From assembly GCA_045105515.1 (NCBI GenBank), contig JBGCDR010000131.1:12858-76857 (forward strand): 64,000 nt of DNA. Direction: 5' to 3'. Under the pieces are notes generated by a model. That model saw only the letters and a list, made by a program, of their open reading frames with translations. It was not told where the DNA came from and did not search any database. Below are positions 9,870 through 21,951 of this stretch, piece after piece. The DNA comes from Oligoflexales bacterium. Lineage in GTDB: Bacteria; Bdellovibrionota_B; Oligoflexia; Oligoflexales; Bog-1112. The position numbers and the translations under genes are program-made. Each line of letters begins with the position of its first letter. Position 1 is the first letter of the stretch.

Positions 9870-11135
9870 TTAGCCAAGGTGAGTGCGGTTGCCTAAGTAT
9901 CCTTGCAAGCATTCAGGGATTTTAACCTTACCGTCTTTAGTTTGTAAGTTCTCAAGCATTGCTATGAGGATACGAGGTATTGCTAAAAAAGTATTGTTAA
10001 GAGTATAAACATGGTGCTTTTTCCCCTCAGCATCCTTATACCTGATATTGAGCCGACGTGATTGGAAGTCATAGAAACTAGAGCAACTGTGGGTTTCTCC
10101 ATAGCTGTCACGTGATGGCATCCAGGTTTCAATATCGTGTTTTCGAACCTGCCCTTGTCCTAGGTCACCAGTGCAGACATAAACCACTCGGTATGGAAGG
10201 CCTAGGTCCTGGACCAAGGATTCTGCTAAACCTAGAAGCTCAGCATGAAGGGCGTCCGTTTCTTCCTTTTTACTGGTTCCCAGAATCACCATTTCAATTT
10301 TTTGAAATTGGTGGACTCGATAAAGGCCTTTTGTATCCTTTCCATAAGTTCCAGCCTCGCGGCGAAAGCATGTGGTCTGGGCCATATATCGAATTGGTAA
10401 GTCTTTCTCATTTAACATTTCATTGCTATGAAAGCTGCAAACGGGGACTTCAGAGGTTCCTACTAAAGCCATCTTATCTTTTTCAACACAGTAAGCCTGA
10501 TCCCTTCCTAAAGGAAAGTATCCCGTGCCTTCCATTGCTGCTTCATTAACCAATACAGGTACGGACATGGGCTCAAAGCCCTTAGCAATTAATTTGTCAT
10601 AGCCATACCGTAGCAATGCCTGTTCTAGAAGAGCACCATCACCCTTTAAAACATAAGAACGGCTTCCAGATAATTTTACCCCTCTCTCAATGTCGACGAT
10701 TCCCAGGTCTTTACCTAGAGCAATATGATCTTTGGGTTTAAACTCAAACTTAGGAATTGTTCCCCATTTGCGCACCTCGACATTTTCCTGATCGTCTTTT
10801 CCTTTTGGAACGTCGTCCCTTGCAGGTTGGGCGACCAACATGAGCATGCTGTTGAGTTCGTCTTTTTTCTGTTTTAAATCTGTTTGCAGAGATTCCATCT
10901 CAGTTTTTATTGTCAGCACCTGTGCCTTTAGTTCTTCTCTCTTAGATGCCTCAGCTTTGCCAATCTCGCGCGAAATCTGGTTGCGTTGTGCTTGCAGGTT
11001 TTCCCAACTAGTTTGTAAGGGTTTGATTTGCCCATCTAATTCTAGTAGCTTGGAGATGTCTACAGGGAAGTTTTTTGCGTTGGTTGCTTCCTGAACTATC
11101 TCAGGATTTTCGCGAATAAATTTTATATCTAACAT
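9870..11135 (-). CDS. serS: Serine--tRNA ligase
   Basis: MLDIKFIREN, GTSEVP, CFRREAG, GLYRVHQFQKIE, TLNNT. Confidence 0.97.
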   Translation of the reverse strand: MLDIKFIRENPEIVQEATNAKNFPVDISKLLELDGQIKPLQTSWENLQAQRNQISREIGKAEASKREELKAQVLTIKTEMESLQTDLKQKKDELNSMLMLVAQPARDDVPKGKDDQENVEVRKWGTIPKFEFKPKDHIALGKDLGIVDIERGVKLSGSRSYVLKGDGALLEQALLRYGYDKLIAKGFEPMSVPVLVNEAAMEGTGYFPLGRDQAYCVEKDKMALVGTSEVPVCSFHSNEMLNEKDLPIRYMAQTTCFRREAGTYGKDTKGLYRVHQFQKIEMVILGTSKKEETDALHAELLGLAESLVQDLGLPYRVVYVCTGDLGQGQVRKHDIETWMPSRDSYGETHSCSSFYDFQSRRLNIRYKDAEGKKHHVYTLNNTFLAIPRILIAMLENLQTKDGKVKIPECLQGYLGNRTHLG

Positions 11136-11390
11136 GCTTTCCTCGTTTTATGGACCCAATACGCACAACGTGCCCTCCATCTTGCAGATTAAACAGAAAG
11201 AGGCAAGGTCTACCTTTCGGTGGCAGATATTTAGTATTCAGAGTCTAATACTCCCACCCTCAAAGGTCGGCCCAAGAGCTTAGCGCGTGCGACTTTGAGC
11301 GTCAAATTGTTTGTCACTTGCACTACAAGTTCAGCTAGGAAAGCGATGGATTTTTGCAACAGGAAGTACTATCATGCCCCACTTTGAATA

Positions 11391-12503
11391 ATGAAAAACT
11401 GCCCGAGATCTGTATTAATGAGAGAAAATCCCTTTAAAAATCTAGGAATACCGGAAAATCCGATTATGTTGGCTCCTTTAGCTGGAGTCAGTGACCACCC
11501 TTTTAGGAGAGTTTGCCAGATTTTAGGGGCTGACTTGACTTATGTTGAGATGATTTCCGCAACAGCACTTACATATAATAGCAAGCGAACCCTCGATATG
11601 CTTTGCCGCCATGAGTCTGAGCAAGTACTTGGTGTCCAAGTGACCTCAAGAACTAGTGATGAAATGGCTAAGGCTGTTGAAATCATGAATCCCTATCCAT
11701 TTGATACTGTTGATATCAATATGGGATGTCCAGTTAAAAAAGTTGTCAAGTCAGGGTGTGGAAGTGCCATTCTTAAGGATCCTGAGAGGGTTTATCAAAC
11801 CACCCTAGCAGCTTGCCAAAACACTGATAAACCTGTGAGTGTAAAGATCAGGCTAGGTTGGGACCATCAAAATCTGACATGGCGAGAGGTTTCTCAGGCA
11901 GCTCAAGCAGCTGGAGCAAAATGGTTAACTGTACATGGTAGGACGCGTAGCGACTCATACGGTGATCCGGTTAACTTGGAAAAAATAGCAGAGTTAAAGA
12001 ATGGCCTAGACATTCCCGTCATAGGAAACGGAAACCTTTTTTCACAAATGGATGCCGCTCTGATGAAAAGAGCCACCAAGGTTGATGGGCTCATGGTGAG
12101 TCGTGGAGCACTTGGAAATCCTTGGGTTTTTCAGGAGATCAAAGGAAACAGGGATTCTACAAGTTTAGAAGAGTGGTCTGAGACTGTGTTCAGGCATATA
12201 GACTGGCAAAGTGCGGCCTATGGGGATCGTGGCTTTGGTTCAGTGTGCATGCGTAAGCATATCCTCTGGTACGTAAGTGGCTGGCCTCATGCTCGCAAAA
12301 TACGTGAGCAAATAGGCAATACCGAGTCTCTTTCTGCTGTTAAAACTGCACTTGATGAGTACGTGAAGCAACTGGGTTCTGAAGGGGTTTTTGAGCGATA
12401 TCAAACCCAACAGCAAAGCCAAGATAATTCTCGTTTTCTTTGGAACCCGGTTTATGACATGGACCGCAAACTTGACCGTGGCATTGGTGACGATGGTTTG
12501 TGA
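11391..12503 (+). CDS. dusB: tRNA-dihydrouridine synthase
   Basis: LAPLAGVSDHPFR, DINMGCPVKKV, KIRLGWD, HGRTR, IGNGN. Confidence 0.9.
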   Translation: MKNCPRSVLMRENPFKNLGIPENPIMLAPLAGVSDHPFRRVCQILGADLTYVEMISATALTYNSKRTLDMLCRHESEQVLGVQVTSRTSDEMAKAVEIMNPYPFDTVDINMGCPVKKVVKSGCGSAILKDPERVYQTTLAACQNTDKPVSVKIRLGWDHQNLTWREVSQAAQAAGAKWLTVHGRTRSDSYGDPVNLEKIAELKNGLDIPVIGNGNLFSQMDAALMKRATKVDGLMVSRGALGNPWVFQEIKGNRDSTSLEEWSETVFRHIDWQSAAYGDRGFGSVCMRKHILWYVSGWPHARKIREQIGNTESLSAVKTALDEYVKQLGSEGVFERYQTQQQSQDNSRFLWNPVYDMDRKLDRGIGDDGL

Positions 12504-12517
12504 TTAAGTGGACTTGT

Positions 12518-13969
12518 TTACTGCTTTAAAGGAAGCGAAAAGTCGAACCGCGTCCATTTTGAATTGGTGTCTAAGGTTAAACGGCCTCCATGACGTTTTG
12601 CTATTCCATCGGAAATGCTTAAGCCTAAGCCCATTGCCTCACCTATAGGCTTAGTTGTAAAGAACGGATTAAAAATCTTTTCTTGTTCGTCACTCGAAAT
12701 CCCGTTCCCGCTATCAATGACAGAGATCTTAGCCTCGTTATTTATTATCTTTGCCTCAATTTTTATCCACTTTTCCTCTGCTGATTGTACTGCGTATAAA
12801 GAATTGTTTAGCAAGTCGAAGATTACCTGACTTACCTCTGTGGGAATACATTCTATCTCAAAGTCTTTTTCATCTTTTAGCGAAAATTGAATTTTTAAGC
12901 CGAGGTACTTTGCCCGTCCATCACAAAGTTCTAGGGATCCTTCAACAATTTTAGTTACTGATTCATCGTGAAAATCTTCTCCCCCAGTTTCCCGAGCAAA
13001 TCTTTTCAAACCTTTTATTATGTTGGATATACGCCAAGCATTTTTTTCAATTTTTTCATGGTAAGATTTGAGCTTACTCTTTTCATATTCTGGTACCTCT
13101 TCTGGAACCATCCGAATAGCTAAGTTTGCAGCATTGGAGATCACTGCCAGAGGGTTATTTATTTCATGGGCTAAACCACCGGCCATTTCTCCTAGACTAG
13201 CAAGACGAGCAGAGTTAATAGCTGCTCCAGCTTGCATCTTAAGCTCTTTATGAGATGCTTGGTTATTTTTTATTATACATGTCATTATATCGTTGATTTT
13301 TTCTTTAAGTAACAGTAATTCGTTGCCGTTTGAACCTTTAATATCCAAATGAAGCTTTTGATGTCTTTCGTCAATTGTGCTTGGATCAACTTTGTCTAGA
13401 AAATTAGACATTTTGAGGATATGCCGGAAAACAAAGTGATTAAATATTAAAAGCATAATAAATGAGACTAATAATGTTGTGATCCCTTGAGTTAAGAAGA
13501 AATATAAAGCTTTATTAAAGAGCCGGCTGTAAATATTATCTAGTGTTATCGAAATTTCCAATCGTCCAACTTTTTTCTCTGTTTCTTTGTTAGTAACGAG
13601 AAGATCAAATCGATGAGTTTCAAGGCTACTCGTAGAAGTATTATTTATTGCTTCTGAGATTATTAATCTATCTGATTCATCATAGATTTCAACTTTAGTG
13701 ATATCTGTGATGTTGAGCAAACTTTTTACTTGGATTGTAATTTGCGACTCATCCTTATTCCATAAGGATTTTGATAAGCTCGCTTTGCTAGTTCGGTTTA
13801 TTTGTTCAATCGTAGAGTTTAACAGTTCCTTTTCGATTTTGTAGTCCTTATAAAACGAAATCGATGTAAAAAATCCTGTTATTATTGAGCTAGATAATAG
13901 GATATATAAAACCAGAGTTTTCCCTAGTTTGCTTCCAAGTGTAGATGCGATTTTACTCAATTTTGCCAT
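12518..13969 (-). CDS. Membrane sensor histidine kinase
   Basis: Two TM segments; AHEINNPL H-box; DSGNG, FFTTK, GLGL. Confidence 0.9.
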   Translation of the reverse strand: MAKLSKIASTLGSKLGKTLVLYILLSSSIITGFFTSISFYKDYKIEKELLNSTIEQINRTSKASLSKSLWNKDESQITIQVKSLLNITDITKVEIYDESDRLIISEAINNTSTSSLETHRFDLLVTNKETEKKVGRLEISITLDNIYSRLFNKALYFFLTQGITTLLVSFIMLLIFNHFVFRHILKMSNFLDKVDPSTIDERHQKLHLDIKGSNGNELLLLKEKINDIMTCIIKNNQASHKELKMQAGAAINSARLASLGEMAGGLAHEINNPLAVISNAANLAIRMVPEEVPEYEKSKLKSYHEKIEKNAWRISNIIKGLKRFARETGGEDFHDESVTKIVEGSLELCDGRAKYLGLKIQFSLKDEKDFEIECIPTEVSQVIFDLLNNSLYAVQSAEEKWIKIEAKIINNEAKISVIDSGNGISSDEQEKIFNPFFTTKPIGEAMGLGLSISDGIAKRHGGRLTLDTNSKWTRFDFSLPLKQ

Positions 13970-14236
13970 GAGGAAAAATCTTTGCCTTTTCAGTCTCATC
14001 TCAAATTGACTTTAGCTTATATCCTGATTCGGTCCGAATTTGTGCATTCTTAAAATTTGCTTACCAGCTTAAATATTCTTATTTGTAAAAAAATATTCTT
14101 TTCTCTATATAATCATAAATTTACTATCTGTCATATAAGGACTTGCTGAATTGCATTGCAAAATAGTTAAAATCTCGACTCACTACAACAGCAGTTTTTT
14201 GGAATAATTAAAATAGCTTGGATTTGTTTATTATTT

Positions 14237-15514
14237 TTGGTAGGAATGCTTGGACCGTTTGTCCCACCTTTACTGAGCCCCGAGCAGCTGGGAGGCAACT
14301 TGGCATCACGATTTATAAGTTTTATTGGCTTGTTTGTAATGTTGGGTTTTGCATGGTTATTATCAAATAACAAGAAAAAAATGGACTTTCGGGTCATAGT
14401 AGGCGGGCTTTGTCTTCAGTTTATCTTGGCTACTTGCATCTTAAAATCGAAATTTGGACAAATGGTTTTCGTAATTGCAAAGGATGTCGTAACTACAATT
14501 ATCAATCTTTCTGATAAGGGAGCCATTTTCTTATTTGGAAAGGATTTTTCTGAGCACTTCTTTGCTTTTAAAGTTCTACCCACGATTATTTTCGTTTCTT
14601 CATTGTCCTACCTCCTTTTTTACTTTGGGGTCATGCAAAAGTTGGTATCTGGGATCGCATGGTTGATGGAAAAAATTATGAATATTTCAGGATCCGAAGG
14701 TTTGGTAACTGCAGCAAATATTTTTTGCGGACAAACCGAAGCTCCCCTTTTTGTAAAGCCTTATCTAAAAACTATGACTCGTGCAGAGATTCACACCATG
14801 ATGACGGGAGGAATGGCAACAGCAGCAGGGGGAGTTCTTGCTGCATATGTTGGCTTTGGGATTTCAGCTGGTCATCTTTTGGCTGCTTCCCTGATGTCGG
14901 CTCCAGGCGCAATTGTTATCTCAAGGATCATTTATCCAGAGCTTGAAGAATCTCCTACTAGCGGCCATGTTGCTATTGCTTTAGAAATTCCCGAGTCGAA
15001 TGCTTTTGAAGCAGCCTGCACGGGAGCTGCAGATGGTTTGAAACTAGCCTTGAACGTAGGAGCAATGCTCATTGCCTTTATTGGTTTAGTTGCCTTAGGC
15101 AACTTGGGTTTAGAGCAGCTGGGAAACTTGGTTGGTATCCAAGGTTTCAGTTTAGAGATGATCTTAGGCAAGCTTTTTCAGCCGATTGCATTCCTTATGG
15201 GGATTGGCTGGGATGAGAGCTTTATTGTTGCCCAATTTCTTGGCGAGAAGATGGTACTTAACGAATTTATTGCTTATGTTCATTTGATGGAGCATGCAGA
15301 ACTTGGAACCTTGTCAGAGCGCTCAATCACTATAGCTACTTATGCATTATGTGGGTTTGCCAATTTTTCTTCCATTGCAATTCAGATTGGAGGAATGGGA
15401 GCATTAGAACCTAGTCGCAAGAAAGATTTCGCTGAATGTGGTTTTAAGGCCATGCTTGGAGGAACATTAGCTGCGTTTTCAACTGCTTGTGTTGCAGGGG
15501 TCCTTATAGCTTAG
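14237..15514 (+). CDS. NupC/CNT-family nucleoside transporter
   Basis: GQTEAPL, GGMAT, NEFIAY, ALCGFANFSSIAIQIG; start uncertain. Confidence 0.9.
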   Translation: MVGMLGPFVPPLLSPEQLGGNLASRFISFIGLFVMLGFAWLLSNNKKKMDFRVIVGGLCLQFILATCILKSKFGQMVFVIAKDVVTTIINLSDKGAIFLFGKDFSEHFFAFKVLPTIIFVSSLSYLLFYFGVMQKLVSGIAWLMEKIMNISGSEGLVTAANIFCGQTEAPLFVKPYLKTMTRAEIHTMMTGGMATAAGGVLAAYVGFGISAGHLLAASLMSAPGAIVISRIIYPELEESPTSGHVAIALEIPESNAFEAACTGAADGLKLALNVGAMLIAFIGLVALGNLGLEQLGNLVGIQGFSLEMILGKLFQPIAFLMGIGWDESFIVAQFLGEKMVLNEFIAYVHLMEHAELGTLSERSITIATYALCGFANFSSIAIQIGGMGALEPSRKKDFAECGFKAMLGGTLAAFSTACVAGVLIA

Positions 15515-15654
15515 GACCTAAGTAAAGATACTTACAAAAATTTTACGCGGTATAACTTGTTAATTTAACAGGAGAAAAAATTAATTATCCATCTAATCCC
15601 GCCTTTTTTTTATGTTTAGGCTAAATGAACAGGTAAGTCTTGCCGACATGATCC

Positions 15655-16449
15655 TTGATGAAACACGTAAAAGACATTCGGAATATGATGGAAGATGGGC
15701 AGCATGATAAAGCGCACGCAGCCCTCGACAACCTCCTTTCCCTGGGACCTGGAAACTTAGAGGCGCTCAAGCTGAAAAGCATATTGTTTGCCTCCGAAGG
15801 AAGATTCCTTGAAGAAGCTCGGATGTGGGAGAAGATTATTGATCAAGACAATGAAGACCTTGATGCAATATACTTTTTCCAACGTCGGCACTTAGAAGAA
15901 AGGGAGAGCTTCTATTTTACTGATCATCTCCCAGCTGGTGGTAGACGCTTTCTGGCTCATCCTCGATCACTGATTAATGCTTCTTTGGGGGGGCTTTTAG
16001 GCTGTACCCTGTTTTTGCTTATTAGCAGCTATGCTCAAAAGTACTATTTTTTGAGTTCTACTATTGTTTCAGCTGGCAGCTTTTTCTTGTTTGTGATCCT
16101 CCCTTGGTTATTTATTATTTACGCCTATTTTAAAGCCTTACGAGAAGTGCTCCTCACCTCAGAAGGCATCTGTCTGAATACCCGTTTGAAGAGTTATGAT
16201 ATGAAATGGGATGAAATATCAGAGGCTTATCTTGCGCGTAGCGGGGCCCATAATGAGGCTAAACTAGCACTTGTCTTGATTCCTAAGAATAAAGAGTACC
16301 CAGCAGTGGAAATTGATTTGTCTCGCGAATCAACTGCAATCAGAGCACGGACTTGTTTTATTGACGAGGTTGCCAGGCTCTTTCATGCACCAGTTCATAC
16401 TAGTAAAGATGAGCTTGCCAATCTGCCAGAAGAGAAGGTGTGTTTCTGA
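15655..16449 (+). CDS. Hypothetical membrane protein (TPR-like N-terminus, two TM, possible PH-like C-terminus)
   Basis: 264-aa ORF with helical N-terminus and a hydrophobic pair. Confidence 0.55.
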   Translation: MMKHVKDIRNMMEDGQHDKAHAALDNLLSLGPGNLEALKLKSILFASEGRFLEEARMWEKIIDQDNEDLDAIYFFQRRHLEERESFYFTDHLPAGGRRFLAHPRSLINASLGGLLGCTLFLLISSYAQKYYFLSSTIVSAGSFFLFVILPWLFIIYAYFKALREVLLTSEGICLNTRLKSYDMKWDEISEAYLARSGAHNEAKLALVLIPKNKEYPAVEIDLSRESTAIRARTCFIDEVARLFHAPVHTSKDELANLPEEKVCF

Positions 16450-16504
16450 GTTTTTACCATTGCAAACTAGCTGAAAAAAAAATTAGTTTTTAACTCCCCC
16501 CCCC

Positions 16505-16532
16505 TTGACATTAGTTTTCTGGGAACTATGTT
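16505..16532 (+). promoter_or_regulatory. Probable sigma70 promoter of groESL
   Basis: TTGACA (16505-16510), 16 nt, TATGTT (16527-16532). Confidence 0.45.
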
Positions 16533-16644
16533 GCTCCTACCAGTACAGAAAAGGTTGCAGTGAGCAGCCTTGAGAGATTGCCTTTCAAAGCTGTTTTGGC
16601 AATTGATATACATGTTAAAACGTACTTTAGTTTTAGGAGTTAGT

Positions 16645-16935
16645 ATGAAAATCAGACCTTTGCAAGATCGTATCTTAGTGAAGCGTGTTGAAACTGAGGA
16701 AAAAACTGCTGGCGGTATTATCATCCCTGATAATGCTAAAGAAAAGCCAATGGAAGGCCAAGTTATTGCTGTGGGTAACGGAAAGAAGTTGGATGACGGC
16801 TCTCTTGCAAAGCCAGACCTTAGCGTTGGCGACAGCATCCTTTTCAGCAAGTATGCTGGCTCTGAAGTCAAAATTGACGGCATTGAGCATCTTATCATGC
16901 GCGAAGATGATATCTTGGGCGTGCTTGAAAAGTAA
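16645..16935 (+). CDS. groES: Co-chaperonin GroES
   Basis: [14 protein letters not shown]...[17 protein letters not shown] before ATG 16645. Confidence 0.97.
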   Translation: MKIRPLQDRILVKRVETEEKTAGGIIIPDNAKEKPMEGQVIAVGNGKKLDDGSLAKPDLSVGDSILFSKYAGSEVKIDGIEHLIMREDDILGVLEK

Positions 16936-16972
16936 TCACTCGCGGCTTCATCTGATTCATTAAAACCAATAA

Positions 16973-18658
<1,686 letters not shown>

Positions 18659-18662
18659 GATT

Positions 18663-18786
18663 CCTGTTATAATAACAGGTACTTACAGAGCCGAAAATGC
18701 TCCCGGACACAAAAAACGGACACATATTTCTCTAATACTGAGTAATACCAACGTTTTTTGACCCCATCCGGACACACTTTTTGACC
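18663..18786 (+). repeat. Candidate attL: palindrome plus arm-type direct repeats
   Basis: CCTGTTAT-A-ATAACAGG (18663-18679); CGGACACA at 18704, 18717 and 18769; TTTTTGACC twice. Confidence 0.6.
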
Positions 18787-18830
18787 TTTCGAGGTCAAAG
18801 AGAAAAGGGAGTCGAAAGACTCCCGAAAAA
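18780..18830 (-). terminator. Tandem hairpins; rho-independent terminator of the integrase
   Basis: TTTGACCT-TTCG-AGGTCAAA and GGGAGTC-GAAA-GACTCCC; the second has a U-rich tail on the minus strand. Confidence 0.65.
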
Positions 18831-18856
18831 AGAATTTTAAGGGTTCCTTCTTGTCA

Positions 18857-20272
18857 CTATCTCTTGCTGGAGATGACAAGTCTGAGCCCTTTTTTGATGG
18901 CAACAACATTGCCAACTTGTTCGATACTCTCAGACTCTGCCATTTCTGGCGGTTTTTCTGCAGATTGATCTTCTCCAACCTCCTCTTTTTGATCTCCCAC
19001 AGAAGGCTCTTCCGATCGTTTTTTCTTCTCCTCTCTGGACCATTGCAAAGACGCCGTTTCCTTGATGATATCGTTGTGGACGTATCGCATCGTCGTCTTG
19101 ATATCGCTATGGCCAGCGATCTGCTGCACTTTAGGCAGAGGTAGAGCTCGCTCCATTCCATAGCCATTGGCGAGGTTGGTAAGGCAAGTGTGCCTGAGGC
19201 TATGAAAATGAATCTCTTTAGCTCCAGCCCAGCGACAAGTGCGAGGAAAGATTTTGATGGAGTTTTGATGGATATTGAAAAGTGGCTTTGCCTGATCAAC
19301 AAAACGCAATCTGTGGAAAATCTCCCTAACATCGGCGTTGATCTCAATCCTACGTGGTTTTTTGCTTTTAGTCGTGTTTTTGCGAACTTTCTCTTTACGA
19401 CTAAAGCTTCCTTTTACGATCAAGAAACCATTGTTAAGATCCACATCCATATTCCGAAGAGCACCGATTTCCCCAAGGCGCATCCCTGTGCGTAAGGCCA
19501 TCATCACAATATCTCGAATCTCCTGAGGATTTCTTATTTGCAGTTTCATCACATAACTGCTTTTTCCTCGATGACGATAACGGGTCGTTAACTTCTCGTA
19601 ATGCCCACCAGACTCAATCCAATCAAAAAACTTATCCTCATCTTCTTGGCTCCAGTAATCGAATAGATTTTCTGGAGTGTCAGGGAGTTTAAATTCTTCA
19701 AAGGGATTTTGAATGAGGTAAGCAGGGCGACGTTTGCTAGCCCAAGTAGTGATCATACAGGCAACAGTTAAGATTTCTCTTTGATAGGAAAGAGCCAAAG
19801 AGTTGTCATCTAGGAAATCATCTCCACTCCAATTGTTTTTTCTAAGAGCTGTGTAGGATTTAGTTTGAGGAACCTTGTTGTTGATTTCTCGTGCTAAATT
19901 TTCGATATCGTCAATGCTCAGACGATCAGCCCTAACCTGACCGAAAACAGGAAGAATATGATTACGGAGGTGGGTGTCATAATTTTGCAGACAGGATCCA
20001 GAAAGTCTCCTCACATTTTTTCCATGTTCCATCCATTTTTCAGCTAGATCAGAGAAGGTCCATTTACGATTTGTCCCTGTTTTGGCATCAGCAAACCAGC
20101 GACTCAGATCATCACCTCTAGCAATGGCCAGGCGAAGAATCTCTGCTTCGGTTTTGGTAGGTACGACCTTATCCTTGTAGGAATCAGTCCCTTCATCATA
20201 AAATCTAACCTTCCATTTTCCCCTGACAGATCGGTAAATCTTAGGTTCTTTTTTGTCGTAATGAGTTCTCAT
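18857..20272 (-). CDS. int: Tyrosine recombinase/integrase
   Basis: TGMRLGEI (R), TKSKK (K), HSLRH, GHSDIKTTMRY; N-terminal arm-binding and SAM-like region. Confidence 0.95.
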   Translation of the reverse strand: MRTHYDKKEPKIYRSVRGKWKVRFYDEGTDSYKDKVVPTKTEAEILRLAIARGDDLSRWFADAKTGTNRKWTFSDLAEKWMEHGKNVRRLSGSCLQNYDTHLRNHILPVFGQVRADRLSIDDIENLAREINNKVPQTKSYTALRKNNWSGDDFLDDNSLALSYQREILTVACMITTWASKRRPAYLIQNPFEEFKLPDTPENLFDYWSQEDEDKFFDWIESGGHYEKLTTRYRHRGKSSYVMKLQIRNPQEIRDIVMMALRTGMRLGEIGALRNMDVDLNNGFLIVKGSFSRKEKVRKNTTKSKKPRRIEINADVREIFHRLRFVDQAKPLFNIHQNSIKIFPRTCRWAGAKEIHFHSLRHTCLTNLANGYGMERALPLPKVQQIAGHSDIKTTMRYVHNDIIKETASLQWSREEKKKRSEEPSVGDQKEEVGEDQSAEKPPEMAESESIEQVGNVVAIKKGLRLVISSKR

Positions 20273-20466
20273 TTATTTTCTACTCCTTTGATTGCGGTCA
20301 GTACTTCACTGACTTGAAATCGAAGGGAGCGACCAAATTTGTGGTATGGTATCCGTTCGTGCATTCGCCACTTGCGGATGGTATGGATCGAGACCCCTAA
20401 GGTCTTAGCCAATTCCGCGGCTGTGACAAATTTTTCGCTTATTCGATTGTCAAAGATCTTCGCCAT
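20269..20466 (-). CDS. xis: Excisionase-like HTH protein
   Basis: TAAELAKTLGVSIHTIRKW...IPYHKFGRSLRF; overlaps the int start. Confidence 0.85.
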   Translation of the reverse strand: MAKIFDNRISEKFVTAAELAKTLGVSIHTIRKWRMHERIPYHKFGRSLRFQVSEVLTAIKGVENK

Positions 20467-20532
20467 AAGGCGAGCCCTCCATATACTCGTTTTGCTCAAA
20501 AAAGTACAATCTGATGGTCTAAGTTGTTGAAA

Positions 20533-21285
20533 TTATGTGGTGGTGGTTTCGAAGATATTGCCAATGCGTTTGATGTTACATCCTAATGCCGCCATTCTTT
20601 TGAGGATGAGGTCACAAGCATCTGGGCAAAGTTCAATACCGAGGGCCACCCGCTTGAGTTGCTCAGCGGCTTCGAAGACAGCACCAGATCCTGCAAAAAG
20701 ATCGAGAACATAGTCATTATCATGGGTGTGATTTAATATCGGGATTGTGTAAACGCCAACTGGCTTTTCAGTTGGATGAATACGCTCCTTAGGTTTTACA
20801 GAGGGAATATTCCAAACCGAAACTTGCTTGCGATCTCCGGTCCAGTGCTCAGTAACTTTGATTCCTTGCTTCACACAAACCAGGCATTGCTCATGTTTAA
20901 GGTGATAGAAGTTATGTTGCAGGGTGAAATGATGTTTTACCCAAACAATCATTTGTTTGACTTCATATCCCGCATCTTGAAGGGATCTGACCAGCACCTC
21001 ATAGTGTCGAAAGGAAAACCAAACATAGAGAACTGGAGATTGACTAGATTCAAAAGAACCACCCCAGGTCGCAATGTGGTCATACTTTACTTTGAGTCGA
21101 TATAAACCTTTTTTGGATTTCGATTTGTAACCAATTCCATAGGGAGGATCGGTGACGCAAACTTTCGGCTCCCGGTTTTCTAGAAACTCAGTGACCATTT
21201 CTCTTTCCGTGCTATCACCACAAAGCAATCTATGCTTTCCCATTTTCCAGATGTCACCAAATTTTACTTTGTATTCATTTGTCAT
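20533..21285 (-). CDS. Orphan N6A/N4C DNA methyltransferase
   Basis: HRLLCGDS, TDPPYG, HPTEKP, VLDLFAGSG; no adjacent nuclease. Confidence 0.9.
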   Translation of the reverse strand: MTNEYKVKFGDIWKMGKHRLLCGDSTEREMVTEFLENREPKVCVTDPPYGIGYKSKSKKGLYRLKVKYDHIATWGGSFESSQSPVLYVWFSFRHYEVLVRSLQDAGYEVKQMIVWVKHHFTLQHNFYHLKHEQCLVCVKQGIKVTEHWTGDRKQVSVWNIPSVKPKERIHPTEKPVGVYTIPILNHTHDNDYVLDLFAGSGAVFEAAEQLKRVALGIELCPDACDLILKRMAALGCNIKRIGNIFETTTT

Positions 21286-21347
21286 ATATACTCCTTTATA
21301 TGTCATCCCAGCGCTGAAAGCACGTAGGGGGATCCTTTCCAAGCTAA

Positions 21348-21686
21348 CTAATCATCATCTTTAGGAAGTGCCTTAGAGATCAGGATCTTTAAGAACTGAT
21401 CCTTCGAAATCGCACCATTTTTCTGGCAATACTTTTTGAATTCAATTTCCAAGTGATCCTGGCTTGAGTAAGTTGACTCCTTTATTTCTGTAATAAGACC
21501 CTCGTTAATGATACCGATCAGTTTTTTGATCACATCATCTGTTCTGACCCTTCGTCCCAAATTTTTTCGATTGCATTTACCGACAATTGATTTGAGCAAT
21601 CGAGCTGTGTTTTTGCTGATTCGAATTGGAATTGTGTTTGGTGCAGTTGTTTTTGTTGATGGTTTTTCTGTGGAGTTAGAATCCAT
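21348..21686 (-). CDS. Hypothetical small basic protein (possible RHH/relaxosome accessory)
   Basis: AGGAGG RBS; IPIRISKNTARLLK strand-helix pattern. Confidence 0.55.
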   Translation of the reverse strand: MDSNSTEKPSTKTTAPNTIPIRISKNTARLLKSIVGKCNRKNLGRRVRTDDVIKKLIGIINEGLITEIKESTYSSQDHLEIEFKKYCQKNGAISKDQFLKILISKALPKDDD

Positions 21687-21708
21687 AATGACCTCCTTAG
21701 ATGTTTAT

Positions 21709-21836
21709 GTGATGAGAAGAAGAGAGAGCAGAGAGAAAAGAGGGGAGACGAAGAATGAGACAAGGAAAGAGGTGAGGGAAAGAGGGAAGGAAGGAAATGG
21801 ATAAGGGGAATGAAGGGAGTAGAAGAGGGGCGAAAA
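21709..21836 (+). repeat. Purine-rich / pyrimidine-rich low-complexity tract
   Basis: About 125 bp almost entirely G/A on the + strand (GAGAAGAAGAGAGAG...GAAGAGGGG). Confidence 0.85.
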
Positions 21837-21951
21837 ATGGCGAAACAAGTAGTCAGTCAGGATTGAGATATAGAGTTATAATGAGCAATATCAACTGATT
21901 GTGTCATTTTTCTGAAATGGGTACCCACTTGCATTCCATAAGCAACCCACA

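Noticed and set aside
11140..11390. Imperfect IR (CTCAAAGGTCG...CGACTTTGAG) between serS and dusB as ncRNA or T-box
   Set aside because: No T-box or other Rfam-like signature recognised; a single weak stem
16555..16620. Possible CIRCE element upstream of groES
   Set aside because: No adequate match to TTAGCACTC-N9-GAGTGCTAA
18667..19347. 226-aa alternative-frame ORF overlapping the integrase
   Set aside because: Same-strand out-of-frame overlap running into the att region, with no motifs
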